A stretch of 64,000 bases of DNA from Bacteroidota bacterium (GTDB lineage Bacteria > Bacteroidota > Bacteroidia > Bacteroidales > UBA10428), in the NCBI GenBank assembly GCA_003252385.1, contig QKEH01000133.1:448-64447 (forward strand). The letters run 5' to 3'. Positions 27,902 through 37,310 of this stretch are shown piece by piece (the stretch's first letter is position 1; each line of letters begins with the position of its first letter). Position numbers and translations under genes: made by a program. The notes under the pieces were generated by a model. It searched no databases and was not told the origin of the DNA. It saw only the letters and a list, made by a program, of their open reading frames with translations.

Positions 27902-30232
27902 ATGCGAATCTATCTCAAAACCTTACTTTTAGGAACTATATTTTTAGGGGTATCCCTGCCTGGTATTCAGGCTCAGGTAGACTATACCCTTCAGGCGGGC
28001 GATATAACTCTGCAAAATGGCCGTATAACAGCCTGTAGCTATAATTTTTCCGCCAATGTCGGGGGAACCAACCTGATTATTCCCAACGATTTAGGTATTA
28101 CCGGAATTGCGAATGGACAAACCGATTGGCTGGGTTATATAAACGGAACCGCCCCTTTTGCCGGGAAGCATATAAAAAGTGTTCAACTTCCGGAAGCCCT
28201 GGAGTATTTGGGCGACTTTGCCTTTTACAATAACGAGATCACCACCCTAACACTTCCTTCCACACTGACCCACATAGGGCGCGATGCTTTTTACACCAAT
28301 AACCTGGCCGCAGTAACTATTCCGGCCTCGGTAGTATCCATTGGGATGAACTGTTTTCATACTAATGCCAACCTGGCCACGGTGACCATTGAAAGCAACA
28401 GCCACCTGATTTATATTGGCTCCCATGCGTTTGTAAATACCCTGGTAAATACCATTACCCTTCCCAGTCCGGTGGTTCCCGATGCGAATTTTGAACACTG
28501 GATCCAGATGAATACTGCACATACGGTGTATCCTGGGGGAGCAACGGTTTCGCCATCGAATACGACATGGATCGCCAAGTTCGATTATACCCTTACCGAT
28601 GAGGATGTAGTGGTTGAAAACGGGGTAATACGGAGTACAAACTATGACAACGCTGCCAAATTTATCGTTATCCCCGAACAGCTCGACGGTCAGACCGTGG
28701 TGGGAATTGCCGATGGTGCTGGTCAGTACTCCGCTATTTTCTATGGCAAACAGATCATGGAGCTTACCTTGCCTTCCACCCTGGAATGGATAGGGCAATT
28801 TTCGTTCAATTCGAACTGGTTGGATACCCTGGTGGTACCGGCAAGTGTCACATCGATCCGGCAGTATGCCTTCTGGGGCACCGGGCTGGATACCGTTATT
28901 TTTGAAGCAGATAGCCGGCTGGAGTTGATGGGCTACGGTGCTTTCGAGAATAATCCCCTGTTGGCTATGGTTTTTCCCGATGTCGCTAAACCGCCATACG
29001 TTCTGGATTATTGGAAAAATACCTCGACGGAAGCAAGCTATGCCGCCGGAGATGCGGTTCCTGGTTTTAGCACCGAGTATGAGGCCCGGTTGAAATTGGC
29101 TCCTGGTAATTCGCACCTGGAAATGGAAAGTGCAGTAGATTTTGGCGATGTCTTTATCCGTGCCTCGCAAGCACAAAACTTAACACTGAGTAATACGGGC
29201 ACGGTAAGCATTACCGTTTCGGAAATGGATTTGCCCGAAGGTTTCACCAGCAACTGGAGCAGTGGTAGTATTGCTGCCGGGGCCAATCAGGTAGTAACAC
29301 TTACTTTTAATCCAACTCAGCAAGCGGATTACGAAGGTTATATTGTTATACATTCTGATGCAACAACTAATCCGGTCGATTCGGTAGCCCTAACCGGTAC
29401 GGGTGAGATGGAAGAAGTACAATCGACTGCTGCACTGAGTAGTCTGACGGTTCCTCGAGGTATTTCTGAAGAGGACATTGAATTTCCTCATGAGCTAACA
29501 ATAACTACCGATGGCCCATCCACCTTGTTGGATATTACAGGGCTAACCTGGACCAGCGATGATTTTAATGGCCAGGTTACCGGTACCTATACCTTCATCG
29601 CCGATATTACCGGAGCCCTGTCCGCAGCTTATATGACGGCCGATATATTCCTGATCACTGAGATCCGTATCGAAGTAGAAGTTCAGGCGGTTACTTTACT
29701 TGGAATTACTGCGCCGGATCCAATACATGTAGCCCCCGGAACGGCTGAAGCGGCTATTACCTTTCCTGACGAAATTACGGTAACAACCAGTGCTGGCAGC
29801 CGAACCCTGGGTATTGATCAGGTAGTATGGACCGGGGTGAATTATAATCCAAACCTGGGAGGTACCTATACTTTTACCGCTCCTGTTGCTTTGGTTTTAG
29901 AAGCTGCCGGTATTGACGCAGGATCCGTTTCAACGGTTATTTCTGTGCAGGTGGCGGTGTCCGCTACTTCGGTTTCAGGATTGGGTGCCCTTGCTGTTGC
30001 TAAGGTGTTCCCAAATCCTGCCAGCGGAGTATTAAACCTGGTCTTGGATGGCACATTGCAGGGTGAAAAGCTGATTGAACTGTACACCTTACAGGGAGCG
30101 CTGATACAAAGCTGGCTGGTGGATCAGAACGAGGTAAGCCTGGATCTTTCGGCATCGCCTTCTGGAAATTATCTGCTCCGGGTGAATTCGGAGGGCAAAA
30201 CCGTATGGCTGGAATCCATAATTAAACAATAA
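27902..30232 (+). CDS. BspA-type leucine-rich-repeat surface protein with Ig-like modules and a T9SS C-terminal sorting domain
   Basis: Signal peptide. Repeated LRR_5-like units (LPSTLTHIGRDAFY, IPASVVSIGMNCFH, LPSTLEWIGQFSFN, VPASVTSIRQYAFW). A HYDIN/ASH-like module (DFGDV...LTLSNTGT). Two similar about 90-aa Ig-like repeats (TGTYTF / GGTYTF). C-terminus VFPNPASGVLNL...GNYLLRV... Confidence 0.85.
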   Translation: MRIYLKTLLLGTIFLGVSLPGIQAQVDYTLQAGDITLQNGRITACSYNFSANVGGTNLIIPNDLGITGIANGQTDWLGYINGTAPFAGKHIKSVQLPEALEYLGDFAFYNNEITTLTLPSTLTHIGRDAFYTNNLAAVTIPASVVSIGMNCFHTNANLATVTIESNSHLIYIGSHAFVNTLVNTITLPSPVVPDANFEHWIQMNTAHTVYPGGATVSPSNTTWIAKFDYTLTDEDVVVENGVIRSTNYDNAAKFIVIPEQLDGQTVVGIADGAGQYSAIFYGKQIMELTLPSTLEWIGQFSFNSNWLDTLVVPASVTSIRQYAFWGTGLDTVIFEADSRLELMGYGAFENNPLLAMVFPDVAKPPYVLDYWKNTSTEASYAAGDAVPGFSTEYEARLKLAPGNSHLEMESAVDFGDVFIRASQAQNLTLSNTGTVSITVSEMDLPEGFTSNWSSGSIAAGANQVVTLTFNPTQQADYEGYIVIHSDATTNPVDSVALTGTGEMEEVQSTAALSSLTVPRGISEEDIEFPHELTITTDGPSTLLDITGLTWTSDDFNGQVTGTYTFIADITGALSAAYMTADIFLITEIRIEVEVQAVTLLGITAPDPIHVAPGTAEAAITFPDEITVTTSAGSRTLGIDQVVWTGVNYNPNLGGTYTFTAPVALVLEAAGIDAGSVSTVISVQVAVSATSVSGLGALAVAKVFPNPASGVLNLVLDGTLQGEKLIELYTLQGALIQSWLVDQNEVSLDLSASPSGNYLLRVNSEGKTVWLESIIKQ

Positions 30233-30674
30233 AGGAAAACTACAAAGTCCGGAATGCATTCGTATTCCGGACTTTATGGTTTGTAAAGTATTATTTAATG
30301 CGTTCAACAGGGTCTCTTTTAATTCGAAGTTACATAATTCTGAACCTAAATTGAATGTATTGGTTGTATCGTTTGAGAGCTTAATTTTCGATACACATTG
30401 ATTATGGTATCGATAGAGTCCTTCTGATAGAGCTCCTTCATTTTCCAGACAAATTACTTTGGTTTCCTTAGGTTGAAGTTTCAGATTCCCTAATTGGGTG
30501 TTCCCGGAATAGACCAGTAAAACAACTTCTACACTTCTTTCGGTCGGATTTTTGATTTCCAGATCAGCCGGCGATGAAGCTCCAAAACAACTCCACCTAC
30601 TACCTGTTTTGCACCCACCAGCCAACATGAGGCCAATGACCTAATGATATACATAATCTTCTTATTTTAATCAT
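30089..30674 (-). pseudogene. Small lipoprotein gene with a frameshift inside its signal peptide and an apparently run-on 3' end
   Basis: The ATG at 30674 encodes MIKIRRLCISL, then shifts frame and stops. The tracked ORF (start 30628) is preceded in frame by VIGL before MLAGGC. Joined, these give MIKIRRLCISLVIGLMLAGGC, a lipoprotein signal with lipobox. The ORF then reads through the terminator hairpin and 144 nt into the LRR gene. Confidence 0.45.
30245..30277. terminator. Stem-loop terminator downstream of the LRR gene
   Basis: AAGTCCGGAAT-gcattcgt-ATTCCGGACTT, an 11-bp perfect stem. T-rich tails on both sides (TTTATGGTTT on the plus strand, TTGTAGTTTTCC on the minus strand). Confidence 0.55.
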
Positions 30675-31062
30675 GAATCATGGTTTTTGATATCGCTTAG
30701 AATGTGCCACAGATTTGTTATCTGCAAAACCAATATAGAGATGTTCATTTCATTCGCGTTTCCCGGGGATGGAAGTATCATAGTATGCACGACCATTACG
30801 CGAGCCATGAACCGAAGCCGAAGGACGAGCTTAGCTTCCTATGGAGCGGAGGAGCAGCTATAGGATAAGTTCGCCGGCAACTTTCGCGAAAGTAAGATGA
30901 AAGTAATTCGGGTAGAGCATCACCCCCCAGATAACCATACGTTTTACATTCCCAACTTTAAAAGTGGTGTATTTATTTAGGGCTTTCTCGTCGGGTTTAT
31001 AAAAGTTTTCGCTAACTTTTGTAAAGCGTTACCACATGGAAATAACTGTTAAACTGTAACCC

Positions 31063-32982
31063 ATGTTGCTATTCCTGAACAACATCCCAATCGGGAAACG
31101 ATTGAACCGGATTTTAAGTGCTGTAGTAGCCCTGTGTATCCTTGTGCTGGGGGTTTTTATCGACCACATCCAGAAAAAACACATCGTTGCGGAAACCGAC
31201 AACTTTATGATGCAGCAGGTACAAAGTATTTCAGAGTTGAGCCGCATTGTAACCATCAACAAATACTACGCAAACAGCGCATCCTTTCGGTTGGCCATCG
31301 AAATGTACACGGGTCAGTCGGAATTTCGTATCGACGAAAAGCAACGCTACCCGCTTCAGGCGGTTAACTCCACCACCGGAGATACCACGGAGCTTAACCT
31401 TCCGCTTCTTACCCGCAACGGGATCTCCATAACAGCCGATAGTGGCCTGGTGGACAAAATCTTCTTTTTAAGCTACGGCCACACCCAACTTTTTCAACGC
31501 TTCGACAAAGGCTGGGTGTGTCTGATGAATGACATGAAAGGCCCCGATGGCAACCGTCTCGTGGGCACCTTCCTGCCGAACGACCACCCCATTGCCGGTA
31601 TGATTGATACCATGGCCTACATTGGTGCAGAACACAACCCACCCCGCGCCGTTATTCGGAATAAAAAATATTTAACCGCGTACTTTCCCATACGGGTCAA
31701 TAACCGGGTAGAAGCGATGCTCTGTTCGCTGGAAGAGGAAATTGACATGGACATGCTGGGCCAGTCTATACGCGATAAGGATTTCATGGGCAAAGGGTAT
31801 GGTTCCATTGTTTCTCCCGAAGGCAAGTACATGATACATCCAACCCGGGAGGGGCAAAGCCTGGCCGGTACCGAACTTTTTAACTGGATGAGCAGTCGGA
31901 AACCCGGGGATGGCATTGCCAAAAAGGAATTCCGGGAGGGGCAAACGACAATCGACTACTATTGCTATTTCGATACCTTCAGCCATTATTACGCCTTGGT
32001 GGCTGCCGACCGAAACGAAGTGATGCGCGCCGTGAACAGCGTGCGTCTGCTGATAGGCATTTCACTGGCGGTTATTCTCGGTATTTTTCTATGCATCAAC
32101 CGTATCATCAGTAATTCCATTACCGTTCCGTTATTAAAGAGTGTTCAATTTGCGGAGCAGGTATCCCAGGGCAGGCTGGATTCCACAATAAATATTACGC
32201 AAACCGATGAGGTAGGGCAATTAGCCCGTTCATTGAACAGCATGGTGATTAAGCTCCGCGAGGTGGTGGAAGAAATTGTAACCGGAGCCCGCGAAATAGA
32301 GCAGACCAGTCGATCCATTAATACCACTTCGGGATCTATGGCCGAAGGTTCCATCCGACAGGCTTCTTCGCTGGAAGAGGTTTCGAGTACGATGGAAGAA
32401 ATGGTGGGTAATATCAATCGGAGTACCCATCATGCCGAGGAAACCGAAAGCCTGTCGGATCGTGCCCTTTCCGATGTGAAGGAAGCGCATGACCTGGCAA
32501 AGAGCTCTGCTCTGTCTACTCGCGATATTGCACACCGGATTACGGTAATTAACGATATTGCCTTTCAGACCAATTTACTGGCTCTGAACGCTGCTGTAGA
32601 GGCAGCCCGGGCTGGTGAACTGGGCAAAGGATTTGCCGTAGTGGCCAGTGAAGTGCGTAAACTGGCCGATAACAGTAATATTGCCGGAAACGAAATTGTA
32701 AATCTCTCAAGAAATAACCTGAGCATAGCTGAGAATACCGGGGAACAAATGAACAACATGTTACAGGCTGTGGAAAAAACCGCCCAACTCATCAAGGAAA
32801 TCGCCTTTGCCAGTAAGGAACAACTGGCCGGTGCCGAACAAATAAGCCATGCTATTTTGGAGCTGAACCAAATTGCGCAGGAGAACGCCCGTGCCAGCCA
32901 TGAGCTGACCTCCAATGCCAATGCGCTGGTATCGCAGGCCGATCGGTTTAAAAAGCGAATGGCCTATTTTAGAATTCGGTGA
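31063..32982 (+). CDS. Methyl-accepting chemotaxis protein with a large periplasmic Cache-like sensor and a HAMP domain
   Basis: TM1 [17 protein letters not shown], about 290 aa of periplasmic region, TM2 [21 protein letters not shown] segment [18 protein letters not shown]...[13 protein letters not shown]. Signalling hairpin tip [33 protein letters not shown]. Confidence 0.9.
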   Translation: MLLFLNNIPIGKRLNRILSAVVALCILVLGVFIDHIQKKHIVAETDNFMMQQVQSISELSRIVTINKYYANSASFRLAIEMYTGQSEFRIDEKQRYPLQAVNSTTGDTTELNLPLLTRNGISITADSGLVDKIFFLSYGHTQLFQRFDKGWVCLMNDMKGPDGNRLVGTFLPNDHPIAGMIDTMAYIGAEHNPPRAVIRNKKYLTAYFPIRVNNRVEAMLCSLEEEIDMDMLGQSIRDKDFMGKGYGSIVSPEGKYMIHPTREGQSLAGTELFNWMSSRKPGDGIAKKEFREGQTTIDYYCYFDTFSHYYALVAADRNEVMRAVNSVRLLIGISLAVILGIFLCINRIISNSITVPLLKSVQFAEQVSQGRLDSTINITQTDEVGQLARSLNSMVIKLREVVEEIVTGAREIEQTSRSINTTSGSMAEGSIRQASSLEEVSSTMEEMVGNINRSTHHAEETESLSDRALSDVKEAHDLAKSSALSTRDIAHRITVINDIAFQTNLLALNAAVEAARAGELGKGFAVVASEVRKLADNSNIAGNEIVNLSRNNLSIAENTGEQMNNMLQAVEKTAQLIKEIAFASKEQLAGAEQISHAILELNQIAQENARASHELTSNANALVSQADRFKKRMAYFRIR

Positions 32983-32991
32983 GCAATCCCT

Positions 32992-35900
32992 CTACCTTTT
33001 CATAAACCGGCCAATGGAGGAACGGCCGTTGTATTCAATACGGATAAAATATAGGCCTTCAGGAAAATGTTCAACATTCAGCTGGTGCTCATAGTTGGCA
33101 ACAGGCTCCGTTACTATCAAATTGCCCATAGCGTTGTAAAGGCTTACGGAAGCCTGGCTGCCCTGCATGTTTTCCGAAAAACGGAGTGTAACCACCTCAC
33201 GTGCCGGATTGGGGAATACGGTAAGTATCATTGCCTTAATAGTGGCCGGAGGGTTGACTTCCAGGTCGCCGGTGTGTCGGAGAATAAACTTGTCCAGATT
33301 CCATTCCCATCCGCTGGTACCCCAACCTCGCAAACGAATCATCTGCGTTCCCTGATACAAATTCACCTGTTGCGAAGCCATCATAGGGATGAACTGATCC
33401 CAGTCGTTGCCGGGAGCCACCCGATCGAGCATTTGCGAAGTGTCATTCAGCACAAACTCCACTGCCGCCCCCGAAACGGTAGTTCCAATGAAGTATTCCA
33501 CCGAATAGGTTCCGCTTACCGGAACTTCCACCTGGTAATCGCCCCAGTCGCCGGTACGGTTGTCCTTGATGGCTACTATGCTATCTGCCGAATAAGTTTG
33601 AAATCCGTCGAAAGTTCCACCGGTAGCGATAAAATCTTCTGCTTCAATCACCAGTTTAATTGGAGCGGGGATTACTTCAACCAAACAGCTGGCCGAATGA
33701 CTTCCATCGGCGGTGCTCACCATAACCATGCTGCCACCCACGGCTAGTGCGGTAACCCGTCCGAGCGAATCGACACGAACCGATTCCGAATTTCCCGAAA
33801 TCCAGATAAAGGCGGGCCGGGTGGCTTCTTCAGGAGTCAGATGAACCTCCAATTGATAGGAAACACCCACTTCGAGAGTGAGTAAAGCATCACTCAGTGC
33901 AATGCCGGTAAGAGTTACCGGGGAGCCTTCGAACCGCATGGTTCCCAACCGAAAACCGCCCTGATCGACATATACCCTCATGGTTTGCAGTCCCGCCGAA
34001 AGCGTGATGTGTTTCAAGCATAACGTATCAAAAGTTCCGGAAGCAGCCGTTTCTCCTATATACCGAATGCCGGTTCGATCCTGGCCATCAAACTCCAGGT
34101 GTAAGGCACCGTCGCCATATATGGACGAAACCAGCAGGCTGATGTCATAATCTCCTGCTTCCGCAACCTCCACAGTGTACTCCAGCCATTCACCGGTTTC
34201 CAACCAGGCCAGGTTTCCGGGAGCAATATCGTACTCGGTGTCCACATCGGTATCGCTTCGTGGACCACTGCCGTTGTTGCCGCTATCGGTGTCGTAATAG
34301 GCTTCGCCATTAGTGCCCAAATCGAAATGTACCGCTTCAATGCTTCCGGGAATGCGATGCGGGGTGCCGTCCGGATAAGCCATTTGCTCCTGCAACGAAC
34401 GAATGGTAAAAGCACAACTGTCCGAGAAACCCCCATCGCTTGAGGTGACCAGAATTTGTACCTGGCCTTCTGCTAGTGCCGTAACCATCCCATAAGCATC
34501 GACACGGGCGACTAAAGGTTCCCTGCTGCACCAGCTATAGGAGGAATTCGTGGCATCTTCGGGAAACAGTTCGGCCTGAAGGGTAAAGTTCTGACCGACA
34601 TACATAACCACCTGATGCTGGTTTAATCTTACACCGGTTACAGGAACGGTAACCTGTACCCTGCACGAGTCGGAATACCCCCCTTCGGCTGTTGTAGCGG
34701 TTACCCAGGCTATCCCACCACCCACAGCGAGCAGTTGGCCGAGCGAGTCAACGGTAACCACATTGGAAGCACTGGACGTCCAGCTCACCCGGGTATCCGT
34801 TGCATTCTCTGGATGTATCAGTGCATTCAAGTGGTAACTATTCCCTTTAATAAGGTCGATGGCAGAAGCAGACAGGGTGACCCCTTCTACCGGGCGTACC
34901 ACCCGGATCGAACAAACTGCCGTGTATCCTCCATCGCGGGTGGTGGCTGTAATACGGGCTTCGCCCACCGACATGGCACCCACCAGACCCTCGGAATTTA
35001 CCAGGGCAATTGCGGTGGCATTGGAGGACCAATACACCTGGGTATCGGTGGCACTTAGCGGAAAGATTTGTTCCTGCAGGTGGTAGGTTTGCCCTACATT
35101 CATGGTTAAATACGTGTCTGACAGGCTTATACTGCTTACCGGAACACGGACATGCACCTGACATTGCGCCCTGAATCCTCCATCGGCGGTGGTAACTTCT
35201 ATGGTGGTGCTGCCCTGTCCGGTAGCCACCCCGTGTCCGTTTGCATCGATACTGGCGATGCTGTTATTGTTGGAATTCCAACTGATCACAGGGTTGGAAG
35301 CATTGGTCGGGTTAATTGTTGCATTTAAATCAAAGGCATCGCCAACATTCAATTCCAAATCGGTTTCGGACAAGCTTACACCTTCTACCGGAATCACCAC
35401 CTGGAGGGTACACTGCGCCTGGCAGCCTCCATCGCTGGTTGTAACACGAATAGTGGTAGTACCTGCCCCCACTGCCGTTACCAGGCCATTGGCATCCACC
35501 GTGGCTACGGCTGTATTTCCCGAAATCCAGCTGACCGATGTATTGGTGGCCTCTGTAGGACTTACGATGGCGTCTAAATCGTGGGTTTGCCCCCGGTTCA
35601 GGCGAAGCGAATTTTCGGACAAGGATACTCCCGAAACAGGAATCCGCACCCGGGTCAGACGTATGTCATCGAGGTTCCATTGCCAGGCATTGGTTCCACT
35701 TGCAATGAGACGAATGGTATAACTTCCGGTTAGCAATTCCACAGGGTTGGCTGCTGTAAGGGTATAATAAGTATCCCATTGTCCGTTATTGGGTACGTTA
35801 TCGGTGGATAGTACCGTTCCGTTGAGCGCAAACTGAATCTGCACGCCATCTTCGGGTGTAGAAATCAGGTAATCAATTCGGTAACCTCCCGGGTCGGAAA

Positions 35901-36153
35901 CGTTCAAGAGGTATTCCACCCAGTCGCCCCGGTTAACATAGTGCACCCCATAGATACTGGTGTCGACACCATAGGGCACGTAACCATCGTTGTAGGTTCC
36001 ACCAGTTGCAGTCAGGTTTTCTGCTTCCACCACCAGAGTTTGCGCCGGCAGAACGGAAGAAAAACAAAACAGAAGCAAGAGGAAGGAAACCAGGGCGAAT
36101 ATCCTGCGAGGCACGGTCGTGGTAAACTCCCTGAAAATAGCAAGCATCTGCAA
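32992..36153 (-). CDS. Non-catalytic surface glycan-binding protein: 3 CBM6/35-like modules, 6 Big_2 repeats and a T9SS C-terminal sorting domain
   Basis: Signal peptide. CBM-like segments begin LVVEAENLTATGG, SIEAVHFDLGTNG and LVIEAEDFIATGG, and each ends in W-x-W-N-L-D or an equivalent. Six about 85-aa repeats of the form VxGVSLSxxxLxLxxGxxxxLxAxxxPxxATNxxVxWxSxNxxxAxVDxxGxVTAxxxG. C-terminus VFPNPAREVVTLRF...GLYFIRI. Confidence 0.85.
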   Translation of the reverse strand: MQMLAIFREFTTTVPRRIFALVSFLLLLFCFSSVLPAQTLVVEAENLTATGGTYNDGYVPYGVDTSIYGVHYVNRGDWVEYLLNVSDPGGYRIDYLISTPEDGVQIQFALNGTVLSTDNVPNNGQWDTYYTLTAANPVELLTGSYTIRLIASGTNAWQWNLDDIRLTRVRIPVSGVSLSENSLRLNRGQTHDLDAIVSPTEATNTSVSWISGNTAVATVDANGLVTAVGAGTTTIRVTTSDGGCQAQCTLQVVIPVEGVSLSETDLELNVGDAFDLNATINPTNASNPVISWNSNNNSIASIDANGHGVATGQGSTTIEVTTADGGFRAQCQVHVRVPVSSISLSDTYLTMNVGQTYHLQEQIFPLSATDTQVYWSSNATAIALVNSEGLVGAMSVGEARITATTRDGGYTAVCSIRVVRPVEGVTLSASAIDLIKGNSYHLNALIHPENATDTRVSWTSSASNVVTVDSLGQLLAVGGGIAWVTATTAEGGYSDSCRVQVTVPVTGVRLNQHQVVMYVGQNFTLQAELFPEDATNSSYSWCSREPLVARVDAYGMVTALAEGQVQILVTSSDGGFSDSCAFTIRSLQEQMAYPDGTPHRIPGSIEAVHFDLGTNGEAYYDTDSGNNGSGPRSDTDVDTEYDIAPGNLAWLETGEWLEYTVEVAEAGDYDISLLVSSIYGDGALHLEFDGQDRTGIRYIGETAASGTFDTLCLKHITLSAGLQTMRVYVDQGGFRLGTMRFEGSPVTLTGIALSDALLTLEVGVSYQLEVHLTPEEATRPAFIWISGNSESVRVDSLGRVTALAVGGSMVMVSTADGSHSASCLVEVIPAPIKLVIEAEDFIATGGTFDGFQTYSADSIVAIKDNRTGDWGDYQVEVPVSGTYSVEYFIGTTVSGAAVEFVLNDTSQMLDRVAPGNDWDQFIPMMASQQVNLYQGTQMIRLRGWGTSGWEWNLDKFILRHTGDLEVNPPATIKAMILTVFPNPAREVVTLRFSENMQGSQASVSLYNAMGNLIVTEPVANYEHQLNVEHFPEGLYFIRIEYNGRSSIGRFMKR

Positions 36154-36513
36154 TTCGTTTTACGGTCGAGGCAACGAATATACCGGATATTCGGCAAAAG
36201 GGAATCCGGAACGGCTTTTTTTTGACAGAATCCTGTTATTCTCAATTCAATAACGCCATCAGGGTAATTAAATCTACTGCTTAAGGATTCACTTCGGAAG
36301 TACCGGCAAGCTCGAGAAAGAAACATTCGGCGGCAAAGACGGATCACACTGCACCAAGCCTTTTACAATATCCCTGTGCTGCGCATTGGAATTGAACATA
36401 TCCTCCAGGTAAGCTGTTAATTATCAGCTACCTTATGTCGGAACGGTATTTTTAACAATTCTTTAAGAATTGGAACGGAACCATTTCGTTAAAAAAACGT
36501 GATATTTGTGGAT

Positions 36514-36894
36514 ATGAAAAAAGTGGTGGTCATTGGCATTGCGTTGTTGTACCTTAGCCTGAATGTGGTTAAGGTGATTCATCTGCATTTCTGCCATCAT
36601 AACTTGAAGGCAGTAGCTTTCACAGCGCAGCCTGACTGCCCCATTGAGAAACACCACTGTCATTCCGGTTGCTGCGATGACCTGATCATCGTGGTAGACT
36701 TCGATACCGATCATGTATATACCACCGAAGAGGAACTCCATACCGAACAGCTGCTGGAAGCTTGTGCGACCTTACTGTTATGGGACAGCACCACCGAAGG
36801 TGATACACGATCACGAATTACGCAGTTCAGGCAGAATACAGCACCTCCCGATCCGCTTTATAAACGGACGCATTCCTATATTTTTTATGGTTAA
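36514..36894 (+). CDS. Small membrane-anchored Cys/His-rich protein (resembles what I recall as the HYC_CC_PP family)
   Basis: N-terminal TM MKKVVVIGIALLYLSLNVV, then HLHFCHH, CPIEKHHCHSGCCDD and a later APPDP. The motif order H-x-C, CC, PP matches the family name as I remember it (unverified). Confidence 0.6.
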   Translation: MKKVVVIGIALLYLSLNVVKVIHLHFCHHNLKAVAFTAQPDCPIEKHHCHSGCCDDLIIVVDFDTDHVYTTEEELHTEQLLEACATLLLWDSTTEGDTRSRITQFRQNTAPPDPLYKRTHSYIFYG

Positions 36895-36948
36895 CAGGAT
36901 GCCGGTTTCCCAACCCATCCTCGGTATAAATCATAAAAAATAGCAATC

Positions 36949-37305
36949 ATGAAAGTACTACGTATAGTGGCTGTTACATGCAGCCTTATGGTATTGTTGG
37001 TAACTGCAAGCCATGCTCAAAATAAAAACATAGTTACCGAAGAATTTAACGTACACGGAGTTTGCAACCAATGCAAGGCCCGTATAGAAAATGCCGCCTA
37101 CATAAAAGGGGTTAAGCATTGCGAATGGGACAAACACACCGAGCAAATAACGGTGGTTTACGACAGTACCAAAACCTCCAGCGATCTGATTCACCAGAGC
37201 ATAGCCAATGCCGGCCACACTACCAGCAAGGTAGAAGCCAGCGACGAAGCCTACGATAAACTCCCGAAATGCTGCGCCTACCGGGATGGTGAGCATACCC
37301 ACTAA
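36949..37305 (+). CDS. Secreted heavy-metal-associated (HMA) domain protein
   Basis: Signal peptide MKVLRIVAVTCSLMVLLVTASHA. HMA fold pattern FNVHGVCNQCKARIENA...VKHCEWD...ITVVYD....IANAGH with a CxxC pair. The C-terminal tail carries KCC and HTH. Confidence 0.75.
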   Translation: MKVLRIVAVTCSLMVLLVTASHAQNKNIVTEEFNVHGVCNQCKARIENAAYIKGVKHCEWDKHTEQITVVYDSTKTSSDLIHQSIANAGHTTSKVEASDEAYDKLPKCCAYRDGEHTH

Positions 37306-37310
37306 GCCCC

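Noticed and set aside
36463-36741. 92-aa minus-strand ORF overlapping the Cys/His-rich protein gene.
   Set aside because: The plus-strand ORF has a TM anchor and structured Cys/His motifs, and sits in an operon-like arrangement with the HMA and TonB-receptor genes. The minus-strand ORF has neither.
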